Shown here: one piece after another, positions 11,850 through 24,262 of the stretch | Layout of the letters: each line of letters starts with the position of its first letter | Position numbering within the stretch: the first letter of the stretch is position 1 | NCBI RefSeq assembly: GCF_001194135.2 | Contig: NC_069005.1 | Location: 8,266,810 to 8,315,019 of the forward strand | Source of the DNA: Octopus bimaculoides | Taxonomy: Eukaryota | Direction of reading: 5' to 3' | Length of the DNA stretch: 48,210 nucleotides | Made by a program: the position numbers and the translations under genes | Notes under the pieces: model-generated | Told to the model about the DNA's origin: nothing | Databases searched by the model: none | What the model saw: only the letters and a program-made list of their open reading frames with translations

Positions 11850-12425
11850 CTCTCTCTTTCTGTCTCTTTTATCCATCATTGGTACCAGTTAAAGGGTACA
11901 TGAATTAAAAGAAGCAGAATGGCTGGGGCACTTACAAATTATGGGAATTTCTTCTCGCTAAAATTCTAATAGGTTTGCCTCCAAACTATTAGCTAATGAT
12001 TTGCTTTTGCCCTCACAGACAAAAAAAAAATGAAAATTATAGTTGATGGTTCATTCATGTGTGTGTGTGTGTGTGTGTGAGAGAGAGTGAGAGTTATGCA
12101 AATGTGTGTGTTGTGTCTACTATGTATCTATATATGTGTGTGTATGTGTATGTGTGAGTTATGCAAATGTGTGTGTTGTGTCTACTGTGTATATATATGT
12201 GTGTGTGTGTGTGTGTTAGTGTGCGCGTGTCTGCTGTGTATATTTGTGTGTGATTGATGTGTATAGTTCTGTGTGAATCTGTGTGTTTGTAACTTTGCAA
12301 GTTTGTCTTTTTTTTTTTTTTGGTTGTTGCATTTCTATAATTTTGCCTTCTTTATACTTGGTTGATCTTTATAAATACCGGTGGATGTATTTTGGGAGAA
12401 AGTGAAAAAAAAAACAAAACAAAAC

Positions 12426-12461
<36 letters not shown>

Positions 12462-12788
12462 GAAAAAAAAAAGAAAAACTGGAGAGAACAATAACATCAA
12501 TGAGAACAACAAAAAGAACAGCAATAATATTAAACAAACATCTCTTTTCCATTGCCGCTCCTCAATACTTTCATCACATTTCCATCGCAGCGAGTACGCA
12601 GGTGGTACATGCTAGCAGAGTGATTACAAATCACTTCCTGGCTTTGATTTCATTTATTGAAGTTGGCGAGAGACAAGGCATGTTATGTTCTCTCATTGAA
12701 TTGTTCTATGAGAATGTTAGATGTTTGTTAGTTGTGTAATATAAATATATATACTTTACAGCAAACTGATTCTCTTTGTGTGTGTGTT

Positions 12789-12845
<57 letters not shown>

Positions 12846-12999
12846 GTGTGTGTGTGTGTATGTATGACCCTGTATGCATGTGTATGTATGACCCTGTATG
12901 CATGTGTATGTATGTATGTATGTGACTGTGTGTGCATATATGTGTGATATATATATATATGCACATGCATCTAGGATATGTATACGTGTATTTTTTGTA

Positions 13000-13030
<31 letters not shown>

Positions 13031-13145
13031 GTATGTGTATATATANNNNNNNNNNNNNNNNNNNNNNNNNNNNNNNNNNNNNNNNNNNNNNNNNNNNNNN
13101 NNNNNNNNNNNNNNNNNNNNNNNNNNNNNNNNNNNNNNNNNNNNN

Positions 13146-13182
<37 letters not shown>

Positions 13183-13229
13183 ATACATAGATATACTCAC
13201 ATATTTGCATATACATACACATGTATGTG

Positions 13230-13590
13230 TACTAATAATATTGATAATGAGCCTATTGTATACAGTGCTCAGGTGCAGTGTAACTTGTTGGAAAAGGGTA
13301 AATGAAGGGACGGAAAACAGCAGTAAGTCAAATAATAAAAGACTGCAATGAAAGCTAAAAGTACTTGCACAGCACACAGTATAAAGCACAGGAAGACAGA
13401 AAAGTGAACAGGATAAGAGCCAGAAGAAGTGGATGCATTTGGCATGTCAGGAGTGGTGTTGGTGAGTTTGGGGGAAGCGTAGGCATTTTGGAAGATGCAG
13501 TGTCCTGACAGCTAATAAGTGACACAGGTGGTTTGTTCCATGCTTTGACAACTCTGAGTGTGAAATATTATTTCTGAAATTCATGTATAG
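13230..13590 (-). mobile_element. CR1-group LINE 3' end, degenerate
   Basis: Minus strand HEFQK*YFTLRVVKAWNKPPVSLISCQDTASSK (cf. CR1 RKHFFxxRVVxxWNxLP); the 3' UTR is shared with 33330-33695. Confidence 0.8.
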
Positions 13591-14004
13591 ATGTGTCTGT
13601 GTATATATATACATTTATATATGCACATGTGTGTGTGTGTGTATGTATGTATATATATATATATATATATATACATACAAGCGTTTATGTGTGTGTGTAT
13701 AAATATGTATATACACACATGCATGTTTGTTCCATCTGTACAGACACACATTCACACAGATAAATGTATGTTTGTTCCATCTGGTGGGAATTTTCAAAGT
13801 TTAGCTTCCCTAGAACAATATTCCTTGGGTGTACCAACAACTCTGGATATGGTTTTCAAGGATTGGTTCATTGAAGATGAGACAGAGAAGGCACGAAGAA
13901 ATAGAGCTGAATATATCGTGGCAATAATGAGACATGAAGATGAGACAAGCATACTCCAAAGGTACAAAGAAGTTCTATATGGCTTCAGCCCCTGTTATGG
14001 GGGC

Positions 14005-14165
14005 TGTGTGTGGTTGTGAGGTTAAGACACTTGCTTTCAACCATGCAGTCTTGAGTTCGGTCTCAGTGCACAACACTTCAGACACGTGCCTTCTACTATA
14101 GCCCTGAGTCAATCAAAGCCTTGTGTGTGGATTTGGTAGACAGAAACTGAAAGAAGCCTGTTGTC
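14005..14165 (+). mobile_element. SINE family A, 5' half
   Basis: GGTTAAGACACTTGCTTTCAACCATG...GGATTTGGTAGACAGAAACTGAAAGAAGCC. Confidence 0.8.
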
Positions 14166-14685
14166 TCATCATCATCATTTAACATCCATTTTCCATGCTG
14201 GCATTGGTTGGATGGTTTGATTGGAGCTGGCAAGTAGANNNNNNNNNNNNNNNNNNNNNNNNNNNNNNNNNNNNNNNNNNNNNNNNNNNNNNNNNNNNNN
14301 NNNNNNNNNNNNNNNNNNNNNNNNNNNNNNNNNNNNNNNNNNNNNNNNNNNNNNNNNNNNNNNNNNNNNNNNNNNNNNNNNNNNNNNNNNNNNNNNNNNN
14401 NNNNNNNNNNNNNNNNNNNNNNNNNNNNNNNNNNNNNNNNNNNNNNNNNNNNNNNNNNNNNNNNNNNNNNNNNNNNNNNNNNNNNNNNNNNNNNNNNNNN
14501 NNNNNNNNNNNNNNNNNNNNNNNNNNNNNNNNNNNNNNNNNNNNNNNNNNNNNNNNNNNNNNNNNNNNNNNNNNNNNNNNNNNNNNNNNNNNNNNNNNNN
14601 NNNNNNNNNNNNNNNNNNNNNNNNNNNNNNNNNNNNNNNNNNNNNNNNNNNNNNNNNNNNNNNNNNNNNNNNNNNNNNNNNNNNN

Positions 14686-14875
14686 TTGCCTTTAGTTAAT
14701 TTAGTACGATCGTTTCACAGTTAAGAGTAAAGAATACTCTATTCTGATCTTCAGCTAAATATTCTAATAAATTTGTTAATGTCTAAATAACTCACGTTAA
14801 TTTTGACCATGTGAACATCAATACCACGTGAGGAAGACGTTAAGAAATTTATCGTACTAAATTAACTAAAGGCAA
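14686..14875. mobile_element. Short element with perfect 25-bp (or longer) terminal inverted repeats, probable MITE
   Basis: TTGCCTTTAGTTAATTTAGTACGAT (14686-14710) is the exact reverse complement of ATCGTACTAAATTAACTAAAGGCAA (14851-14875); left end runs into a gap. Confidence 0.7.
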
Positions 14876-15041
14876 GTGTTTTTGCTCTTCTCTACTGTTT
14901 TTTGTTCTGTGTGTATCAAAAATATCGCTATCAATCTGGAGTAATAATTTGTAGTTTTGAAATCAGTAGTTCTTTGACTGCTATTTCTGAATTCTCAGTA
15001 TGTTGGAGAGGCAGGTTACTGTCAATCCCTATATATTTATG

Positions 15042-15109
<68 letters not shown>

Positions 15110-15114
15110 AATGA

Positions 15115-15325
15115 GTGTGTATGTCCTCCTCCACTGCTTGATAACTGGTGTTGGTTTGTTTAAGTCCCTGTAACCCTTAGCAGTTTGGCAAAAGTGACCA
15201 ATAGAATAAGAACCTGGCTTAAAAAGAAGTGCTGGTGCCAATTTGTTTGACTAAAAACTCTTCAGAGTGGTGTCTCAGGATGGCTGTAGTCTAATGACTG
15301 AAACAAGGAAAAAAGATAAAAGACA
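15115..15325 (+). mobile_element. SINE family A, 3' half
   Basis: GCTTGATAACTGGTGTTGG...ATGACTGAAACAAG. Confidence 0.78.
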
Positions 15326-15895
15326 ATGGATGAAACAGAAAAAGAGGAAAAAAAAAACTAAAAACAAAAGCATTTCCCTTCCGTGACAGGAGAGGATAAA
15401 TGGATTATTGAAGACCAGAAAATCCACGATTGGAAAGTTTCTGGATTTCTAGAGCCACTGTGGATTGAGTGAAGAAAAATGACTGATAGAGTAGTATGGT
15501 AAATTTAATGGTTAGTTAGCTTGATTGATTAACACTTTGTTTCCTTATCTAATTTTCAGCATGTTTCACTAACTATCTTGTCCAGTTAGAAGGTTTCTTC
15601 TTAGTTGTTGCATTGCCAGCTGCTTCTTTATCAGTTAATAATAATAGCCTCTGTGTGTGTATGAATAAATTGGATGACAAGTGAACAAGAATTATACAAT
15701 CAACTATATTGGCTTGCAGCTGTTCCTGCTATATGACACTGTGCACCCAGAGTGTTTGTACATCACTATATTAGCTTCTTGAGATCCATGGAAACTATTC
15801 ATATTATGTTCTGTATTTGTCTAATGTTTTATTCTGAAGCATTGTAACAATAATTTTGCAATGCATAAGCTAAATCATAATGCCAACATACATTC

Positions 15896-15935
<40 letters not shown>

Positions 15936-16596
15936 NNNNNNNNNNNNNNNNNNNNNNNNNNNNNNNNNNNNNNNNNNNNNNNNNNNNNNNNNNNNNNNNN
16001 NNNNNNNNNNNNNNNNNNNNNNNNNNNNNNNNNNNNNNNNNNNNNNNNNNNNNNNNNNNNNNNNNNNNNNNNNNNNNNNNNNNNNNNNNNNNNNNNNNNN
16101 NNNNNNNNNNNNNNNNNNNNNNNNNNNNNNNNNNNNNNNNNNNNNNNNNNNNNNNNNNNNNNNNNNNNNNNNNNNNNNNNNNNNNNNNNNNNNNNNNNNN
16201 NNNNNNNNNNNNNNNNNNNNNNNNNNNNNNNNNNNNNNNNNNNNNNNNNNNNNNNNNNNNNNNNNNNNNNNNNNNNNNNNNNNNNNNNNNNNNNNNNNNN
16301 NNNNNNNNNNNNNNNNNNNNNNNNNNNNNNNNNNNNNNNNNNNNNNNNNNNNNNNNNNNNNNNNNNNNNNNNNNNNNNNNNNNNNNNNNNNNNNNNNNNN
16401 NNNNNNNNNNNNNNNNNNNNNNNNNNNNNNNNNNNNNNNNNNNNNNNNNNNNNNNNNNNNNNNNNNNNNNNNNNNNNNNNNNNNNNNNNNNNNNTATATA
16501 TCTATTGTTTTAAGGGAATTTCATTTCTCCAAAATACCAGGTATTGAACTAGTATTTCCTTGGTTGCAATCATCCCTTCACAAGGTTAACATATCC

Positions 16597-16637
<41 letters not shown>

Positions 16638-18365
16638 AGTAGTATAATTTCTTACATACTGAAATTAATAGTACAAAAAAAGGTTGCAAAAGAACTGTAT
16701 CATATGGAAGTTATATAGTTGAATAAATCTATTTTCACTTCTCACACCTGACATTTTGCTTTATATATATAAATGTGCGTATGTATGGCTTTTCTGTGTT
16801 TTTGATGTACACTTGCTCTACAGAAACTGTTTAAACTGTTTTGTAATACAATTTACTAGTTATTGGTCGATTTCACTATCATTTCACAAGCAAAATTCCT
16901 TATGGTATTTCTTCTACTTCTTTATATTCTGATTTTGTCATTCATTCTTCCAGGATTGATAAAATGCAGTATCAGTCAAGTATTGAGTTAGGCTAATTAT
17001 GCATTCCTCTCTCTCTCCAAATTTCTAATCTGCCTAAGTTTTATATATTTATAAGTTGTATATATTGTATGTACATTATCGAGTGATTGAGGGTACAATT
17101 GCTCACTGCAATTAGTAGAGAATCCTTGAGCTGTTTGAAATGTCTCTACTGACAGCTTTCCTAAATTCTGTGAAACACTTCGTTATAAGAATAAGTTTCA
17201 TAAAATTCTTTAACAGATATAACGTCAATGTAAGTTGCAGCTGCATGGATAATTTCATCTCCTTTTTAGCTAGAATTAATAGGAAAGAAATAGTTCTCTC
17301 TCCCACAAATGATTCCTTGCCTTAGTGCAACAGTCTTAACAGGAGTTCATGCCTTCTTTACAGTAAGTGTCTTCAGAAAAAGAACTGTTTACTGTGCCAA
17401 GCTTTCCACAAATGATAACACCAATGCTACAAAATTCTGTTTTGGCTTTCCAGGGACTCATGAGTGAATGGGCAAATATAATGAATTAAGAACAAGGGTT
17501 GAGAAGTGGTTTGTGCTAAATGTTTGAGGGAAGATAGTGAAGAGTAGGTGATGGCTGTAGAGACTGGGTAGTGTTGTGGGCAAGATGTAGTGAATATTGG
17601 TCAAAGGTGATTAGGTGACAGATGACACAAATAAGTTGGAGGAAGATAGTAGAAAGTAGATAATGACTTACAATATAGGAAGGGATGAGGAGCAGCAGAT
17701 TATTAATAATAATAATACAGTAGAGAGGGGAGGGATGAGAGGGAGATGACATTTGAGTGGGTAGGTTGCAAGTGTGTGATGGGAGAGGCAGACATAGTGC
17801 ATAGTGAGTGAGAGATGTATAGTAGTGAAGAAGGGGTTACGTGGTACAGAAAGGTAATCAATGTAAAATATGAATGGAGAAGGACGATGTTAAAGAAAGA
17901 TGGTTTCTTAAGAATATCCAAAACTTAAAAGCTTCATTTCCATAAACAAAACAAACATTTCTCGTCACTTGCATTGCTGAAGATACCCTTTATTTGATAT
18001 GGGTATAAAGTAATCTGCAAAAAGAAAAAAAAGAAGAATAAGAAAAAACAATACTAAAATGTTTATTTTACGATAAGTATAGAAAAAGTACCCTCAAAGT
18101 GATTGGGTCAAAATGTGACAGGGCTTTCTTTCCAAGTTTCATAAATACAATGTATAAAGCTGTTGCTCACTTATACAACTTTAAACTGAATATAAAAAAC
18201 ATATATTAGTTGATAATTTAAGTTCAGTGGTCGGCTTCAGTAATGCATCTAACCTCTGATCTTCCCTGGCATTTGGTCCACTGTTATCGATGGAATAATA
18301 TGTCTGTCTGTCTATCTACACACACACATGTATATGCATATGCACATACATAGTGAATATTTGTG

Positions 18366-18424
<59 letters not shown>

Positions 18425-18959
18425 TGACACAGACATGCAGATGATTTCCATTTTACTTTCGTAAATTTCTAGCAATATTCTTATTCTTTTTCCATTTCCC
18501 TTTTTTTAACTTTCCAACCTATTTTTGCTCAGCTGAAAATCAAAACACTTTGAAGTTATGGGACACTGATTTTTTTTGTTTTTGTTATTGTTTTCGTTTT
18601 TTTTTTGTTGTTTTACTTTTGTTGTTTGGAAATATCTTATGAATGGAAAATGTTTGAACTTATTGTTTTTACTTTTTACTGTTATTTTTTCTTTCTTTTT
18701 TTGTTTTGTTTTCAATGTTTTTTTGTCTTGTTTTTCATTTCTTTCGTTATTTTCTAGAGTGAGAATACGAATAGTCTATATTGTGTCTGTTTGTCTTTTT
18801 CACTCCTTCTTCTCTCTCTCTCTCTCTCTTACGCACACACATGCATACATAGGCATCATATATATTTCATTCAAATTCTGTCTATAATGAACACTTTTCT
18901 GATGCTAAAATTTGAATAATAAGAAAACTAGTGAACATTAATAATATATATATATATAT

Positions 18960-19655
18960 ATGTATATATGCCTGTCTCTCTATCATACTCTAACCTCTCA
19001 ACACCTGGCATAAAGCCACCTCCCCCCTCTACTTCAACCTCACTCACTGGAAGGACTTTTCTTTGTCATACAAGTTACTTGGCAACCTAACTAGTGCTGG
19101 TGTCATGATAAAATGCCCAGTACACTTTGTAAAGTGGTTGCCATTATCAAGGGCATTCACCAGTAGAAACCATATCAAAATAGATATTGGAGCTCAATTG
19201 CAGTCTTCTATTCATTTAATCCTGTGAAACCATTCAATACATACTCTCTTCCTCTCTACCTCCCCCTCTCTCTGGTTAGGTAAACATGTACCTCCTTTAT
19301 AGCAAGACACCCATCTCTGCCTCTCTGTCACATTCTAATCTTTCATCTGACACAAGATCACCTCCTTCAATGCCTTCTCTCCTTTCAAAATTCCTTGTCT
19401 TGCAAGTTACTTGGTGACCCTGCCAGTGCAGGTGCCACTTAGGGCATGAAGCTGTAAAAACCTTGCCAAAGTTGACCTTGCCTGTGCTGGTGCTACATAA
19501 AAAGCACTCAGTCCACTCTGCAAGGTGGTTGGTGTCAGGAAGGGCATCCAGCTGTAAAAACCATGCCAAAAGAAACACAGAAGCCTGGTCAGCTCCTATG
19601 AAAACCACCCAACCCATGCCAGCATGAAAGGGGGGCATTAAAGGATGATGACGAC
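18960..19655 (+). mobile_element. Two tandem family C copies (about 18960-19240 and 19250-19655), each with a pyrimidine-rich leader
   Basis: Both contain CAAGTTACTTGG and GTGGTTG..AGGGCAT(T/C)C; the second ends GGCATTAAAGGATGATGACG. Confidence 0.8.
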
Positions 19656-19968
<313 letters not shown>

Positions 19969-20227
19969 TACATATATTTATCTTTTTATATCTGTTCTTT
20001 TCTTGGTAGTATAGGTTAGACAAATGGATTACTGAGTCATTGCTTTACTGCTGGATTTCCTTTTTGTTATTAACCCTTGTTTTCCAAATAAAGTACATCT
20101 TATTTCTAATGTTTTCAAAAGTAGGGGAAAATGACATCAAGGTTACTGTCTGTAGCTGAGCATTATTTGGAGATGTGCAAAAATAAACAAATGTACACAC
20201 ACACACACACACACACACGTGTGTAGA

Positions 20228-20345
20228 CATGGCTGTGTGGTTGAGAAGTTTGCTTCACAACCTCATGGTTTTGGGTTCAGTCCCACTGTGTGGAACCTTT
20301 GGTTGGTGTTTTCTGATATAGCCTTGGGACCAAAGCCTTAACTTA
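20228..20345 (+). mobile_element. SINE family A, 5' fragment
   Basis: ATGGCTGTGTGGTTGAGAAGTTTGCTTCACAACC...GGGTTCAGTCCCACTG. Confidence 0.8.
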
Positions 20346-20974
20346 TGAGTGGATGGTCGTGCATTGATGCTGATTAAGCAGACTTGTGTTCAAGGGGCTG
20401 CAGCCATAGTCATCCTGTTTTTTTTTTCTCTCTAGATAAAATGCTTCTTCTAGAAATACATCATCCAATGTTATTCTGTTTTAAGATAGAAATACATGGT
20501 TTGAGAGACTTGGTTGTTATTTCTGGCAGCTGAAATGAATACACATTGGGTCATGTTTGTGTGTGTATGTGTACATGTGTGTTCATATATGTGTGTGTGT
20601 GTGTGTGTGTGTGCATGTGTTTTGATGAATGTGTGCTTATGTCTTTGTGAAAATGGAGACCATAACAGCATACGTAATATTATCCCCATTGGGGGAATTA
20701 CTTACATGTTAATATGTCATTAATTTTCCCCATTTTCATAAAATTCAAATATGGTTTATTTATTATTTTTGTTTTTCAATTTTAATTTTGTAAGTGCTGT
20801 ATTCTGTTTCTTTATCATTTGATATAAAACACCCCCTGAAGAGATTTCAAATGGCTTGATTCTGTAAAGCTATTATCTCAAATGCTCTAAACTGTCATAA
20901 AATAATTTTTCATCTTCTTTGACTATTTCCAATAATAATAATAATGATAATGATAATAATAATAATAATTCTTT

Positions 20975-21335
20975 CTGCTATAGGCAGAAGGCCTGAAATT
21001 TTAGAGTAGGGGGCTAGTCGATTACATTGACCCCAGTGCTCAACCAGTACTTATTTTATCAACCTTAAAATGACAAAAGACAAAGTTGACCTCGGTGAAT
21101 AATTACAATAATAATGGTTTCAAATTTTGGCACAATGCCAGCAATTTTGGGGGGAAGTTGATTACGTCTCCCCACCTCCCCAATGCTCAAATTGTACTTT
21201 GTTTTATCAACTCTGAAATGATGAAAGGCAAAATTGACCTTGGTGACATGAGAACTAAGAACATAAAGAGCTGAAAGATGTATTGCTAAGCCTTCTGTCT
21301 GATGCAGTAACAATTCTGCCAGCTTGTCACATTAA
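20975..21335 (-). mobile_element. SINE family B, tandem degenerate copies
   Basis: Antisense of TTTGCCTTTCATCCTTTCGGGGTCGATAAA.TAAGTACCAG...CTGGGGTCGATGTAATCGAC (young copy at 28714-28939). Confidence 0.75.
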
Positions 21336-21357
21336 TGGTTTCAAATTCTGGCACCAG

Positions 21358-21497
21358 CTACATGGTTTCAGGTTCAGTCCCACTGCGTGGCACCTTGGGC
21401 AAGTGTCTTCTGCTATAGCCTTGGGCTGACTGAAACTTTGTGATTGAATTTTGTAGGCGGAAGTTACTACTGCATGTGTATATGTCTGTGCCACTCT

Positions 21498-21528
<31 letters not shown>

Positions 21529-21675
21529 GGGGAATATATATATATATATATATATATGATGAGCTTTCAATTTCCATCTACCAAATCCACTCTCAAGGCT
21601 TTGGTCTGCCCGAGGCTATAGTAGAAGACACATGCCCAAGGTGCCATGAACTCAGAACCATGTTGCCACACAGTC
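21358..21675. mobile_element. Two family A 5' fragments in inverted orientation (+ 21358-21465; - 21572-21675) around a (GA)n/(TA)n spacer
   Basis: GGCACCTTGGGCAAGTGTCTTCTGCTATAGCCTTGGGC is nearly complementary to GCCCGAGGCTATAGTAGAAGACACATGCCCAAGGTGCC. Confidence 0.85.
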
Positions 21676-21789
21676 ATCAATTTATGGTTTCATACTTTAT
21701 CCAGCATTGTCACATTATTGTACTTACTTGCACAGAATCAGAAATTTTTCACTACAGAAATACCTTTTGATGAAACATAAAATTTTTTT

Positions 21790-21867
21790 TCCCTACAAAA
21801 CATCCTTGTAAAATAGGGGTACATCATCTTATGCAAGGGTGCATCTTATATGATGGCAAATACGGTA
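21790..21867. mobile_element. Single Tc1/pogo-type terminus
   Basis: GGGTGCATCTTATATGATGGCAAATACGGTA resembles the reverse complement of a TA|CCGTATT...TATAAGA.GCACC TIR; partner end not found. Confidence 0.45.
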
Positions 21868-23827
21868 AATATTTTTGTAGCAGTGTACATATCGCACTGA
21901 ATATGTAGAAACTAAATTTGAACTCAGAACTGTGAAGTACTGAACTAATAAATCATGCAACCCTTTCTCCTTCATTCTTTTTTCATATCAAAATTGCTGT
22001 TTATAATCTAATACAATTCTCTGCAGACTCAGAGATTTTTTTCTTTCTTTCATTGTGTGTGTGTGTGTGTGTGTGTGTATGCATGTGCATGTCAGTGTGT
22101 AAATATGTATGTACAATGTTGTGTGTGTATATACACACACTTAGATAAATATACTTGCATGTCTGTATGTGTATATACATATATAAATATGTATATAAGT
22201 ATATATATATATATATATATNNNNNNNNNNNNNNNNNNNNNNNNNNNNNNNNNNNNNNNNNNNNNNNNNNNNNNNNNNNNNNNNNNNNNNNNNNNNNNNN
22301 NNNNNNNNNNNNNNNNNNNNNNNNNNNNNNNNNNNNNNNNNNNNNNNNNNNNNNNNNNNNNNNNNNNNNNNNNNNNNNNNNNNNNNNNNNNNNNNNNNNN
22401 NNNNNNNNNNNNNNNNNNNNNNNNNNNNNNNNNNNNNNNNNNNNNNNNNNNNNNNNNNNNNNNNNNNNNNNNNNNNNNNNNNNNNNNNNNNNNNNNNNNN
22501 NNNNNNNNNNNNNNNNNNNNNNNNNNNNNNNNNNNNNNNNNNNNNNNNNNNNNNNNNNNNNNNNNNNNNNNNNNNNNNNNNNNNNNNNNNNNNNNNNNNN
22601 NNNNNNNNNNNNNNNNNNNNNNNNNNNNNNNNNNNNNNNNNNNNNNNNNNNNNNNNNNNNNNNNNNNNNNNNNNNNNNNNNNNNNNNNNNNNNNNNNNNN
22701 NNNNNNNNNNNNNNNNNNNNNNNNNNNNNNNNNNNNNNNNNNNNNNNNNNNNNNNNNNNNNNNNNNNNNNNNNNNNNNNNNNNAACCACTTAAGTCATAA
22801 AATGTCTAAGAACTTCAATTATGAAGTCAAGACTCTATATGTTGAGATGTGCTGTGTTGCATCTTCCCTTCTTTAAAAATATATTCATAAAAGCAACATG
22901 TCTATGTATGTAGTGGTGTGTGTTTTTTTCCTTTGTTTTTATTTTTTTTCTGAATATATCAGATATTGAAATAATTTTTTTTTGTCTTCAAATTACATAT
23001 ATTTTGAATGAAAACAAAAAAAAGTGAGTTAATTTTCATAAAGTCTGAACAAAAAAAAAAAAAATGAAAATAAATAACTTCTTCGTTGAACTTGTTAAAA
23101 CTTTAACAACTGATTGGCAGATATAGAAAGACCAAAATAAATAAATTTTTAAAAATAGGTATAAAAAAACCCATCATATCTAATGATTGAATTCTATTGC
23201 AGAAAATTGTTATATAATGATATAACAAAAAAGAATAAAACAAACTCAGGTGAAAAAAAAAAATTACTTGAAATATGACAATAAGGAAAAGTTAAAGCAA
23301 TCTATTGTAAATGTTATGTTATTTAAAAAAATGAAGAAATTCTCCTCACAATGAGGTTTGCCTGAATACTATTGGGGAGAAAAACATCTTAAGATTTTGA
23401 GATTTTTGAGTTGGGGCCCTTCATTTGTGATGAATAAAGTTTGAGAAAAGATTAATGATCATCTCTGCCTTGCAGTAGCAGCTAATGAAAGAGTTTTTGC
23501 ATAAAGTAGATAGATCTGTCTTTGTCAGTTTGACTTGTTCAGTGAAGGAAGGTACAAGTTTGATTGTGTGGTTAAGAAGATTCTTTCATGACCACATGTT
23601 TCCAGGTTCAACCCCACTACATGTTACTTTAAGTGTTCTTCTAATATAGTAATTCCTTTGATAGATGGAAGCTGTACAGAAGTCTATCGAGTGTGTATGT
23701 ATATATAACAACAAAAATAGAGATAGAGAAAATCACATCTTTAATTGTAATTATATATATATNNNNNNNNNNATATATATATATATATTTGTGTGTGTAT
23801 ATGTTTCTGTGCATGTGGCTCTATGTC

Positions 23828-24262
23828 CAAGGCCGATAGGAAGCGGTCCAGCTTCCTAGGGCTAAATAGTAGCAGTATGATTCCCTTATTGGGACTGTCA
23901 CTTTGAGTTGACAGTATACAACTGTTTTATGGTAACACTGCTGCTTAATTCTCTCTGTGAAATTTATAATTAGATCATTTCTAATTTTTGTAATCAGTGA
24001 ATGTGTTTTCACTAAAAATATATATATTTGTGAGAGCTTGGCAGGCATTTTCAACCAGCTAGTGTTGCTACTTCAGGCTGATGACGAGCAATGACTCAGA
24101 AACATGTCCCTGAATGCACACTGAGCTGGGTGGAGGTGCTTGTCTCCCCCTTGCTGGAAATGTGTCAAGGCTGACAGGAAGTGGTCCAGCTTCCTAGGGC
24201 TAAATAGCAGCAGTATGATTCCCTTATTGGGACTGTCACATTGAGTTGACAGTATACAACTG

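Noticed and set aside
18490-18570. Strong polypyrimidine tract plus CAG acceptor at about 18531
   Set aside because: No credible donor follows before low-complexity T-rich sequence.
23828-23930. H/ACA snoRNA or LTR (TRIM) interpretation of the 103-bp direct repeat
   Set aside because: ANANNA and ACA words are present, but the hairpins are too short and lack pseudouridylation pockets. There are no clean TG...CA ends, primer-binding site, polypurine tract or TSD for an LTR.
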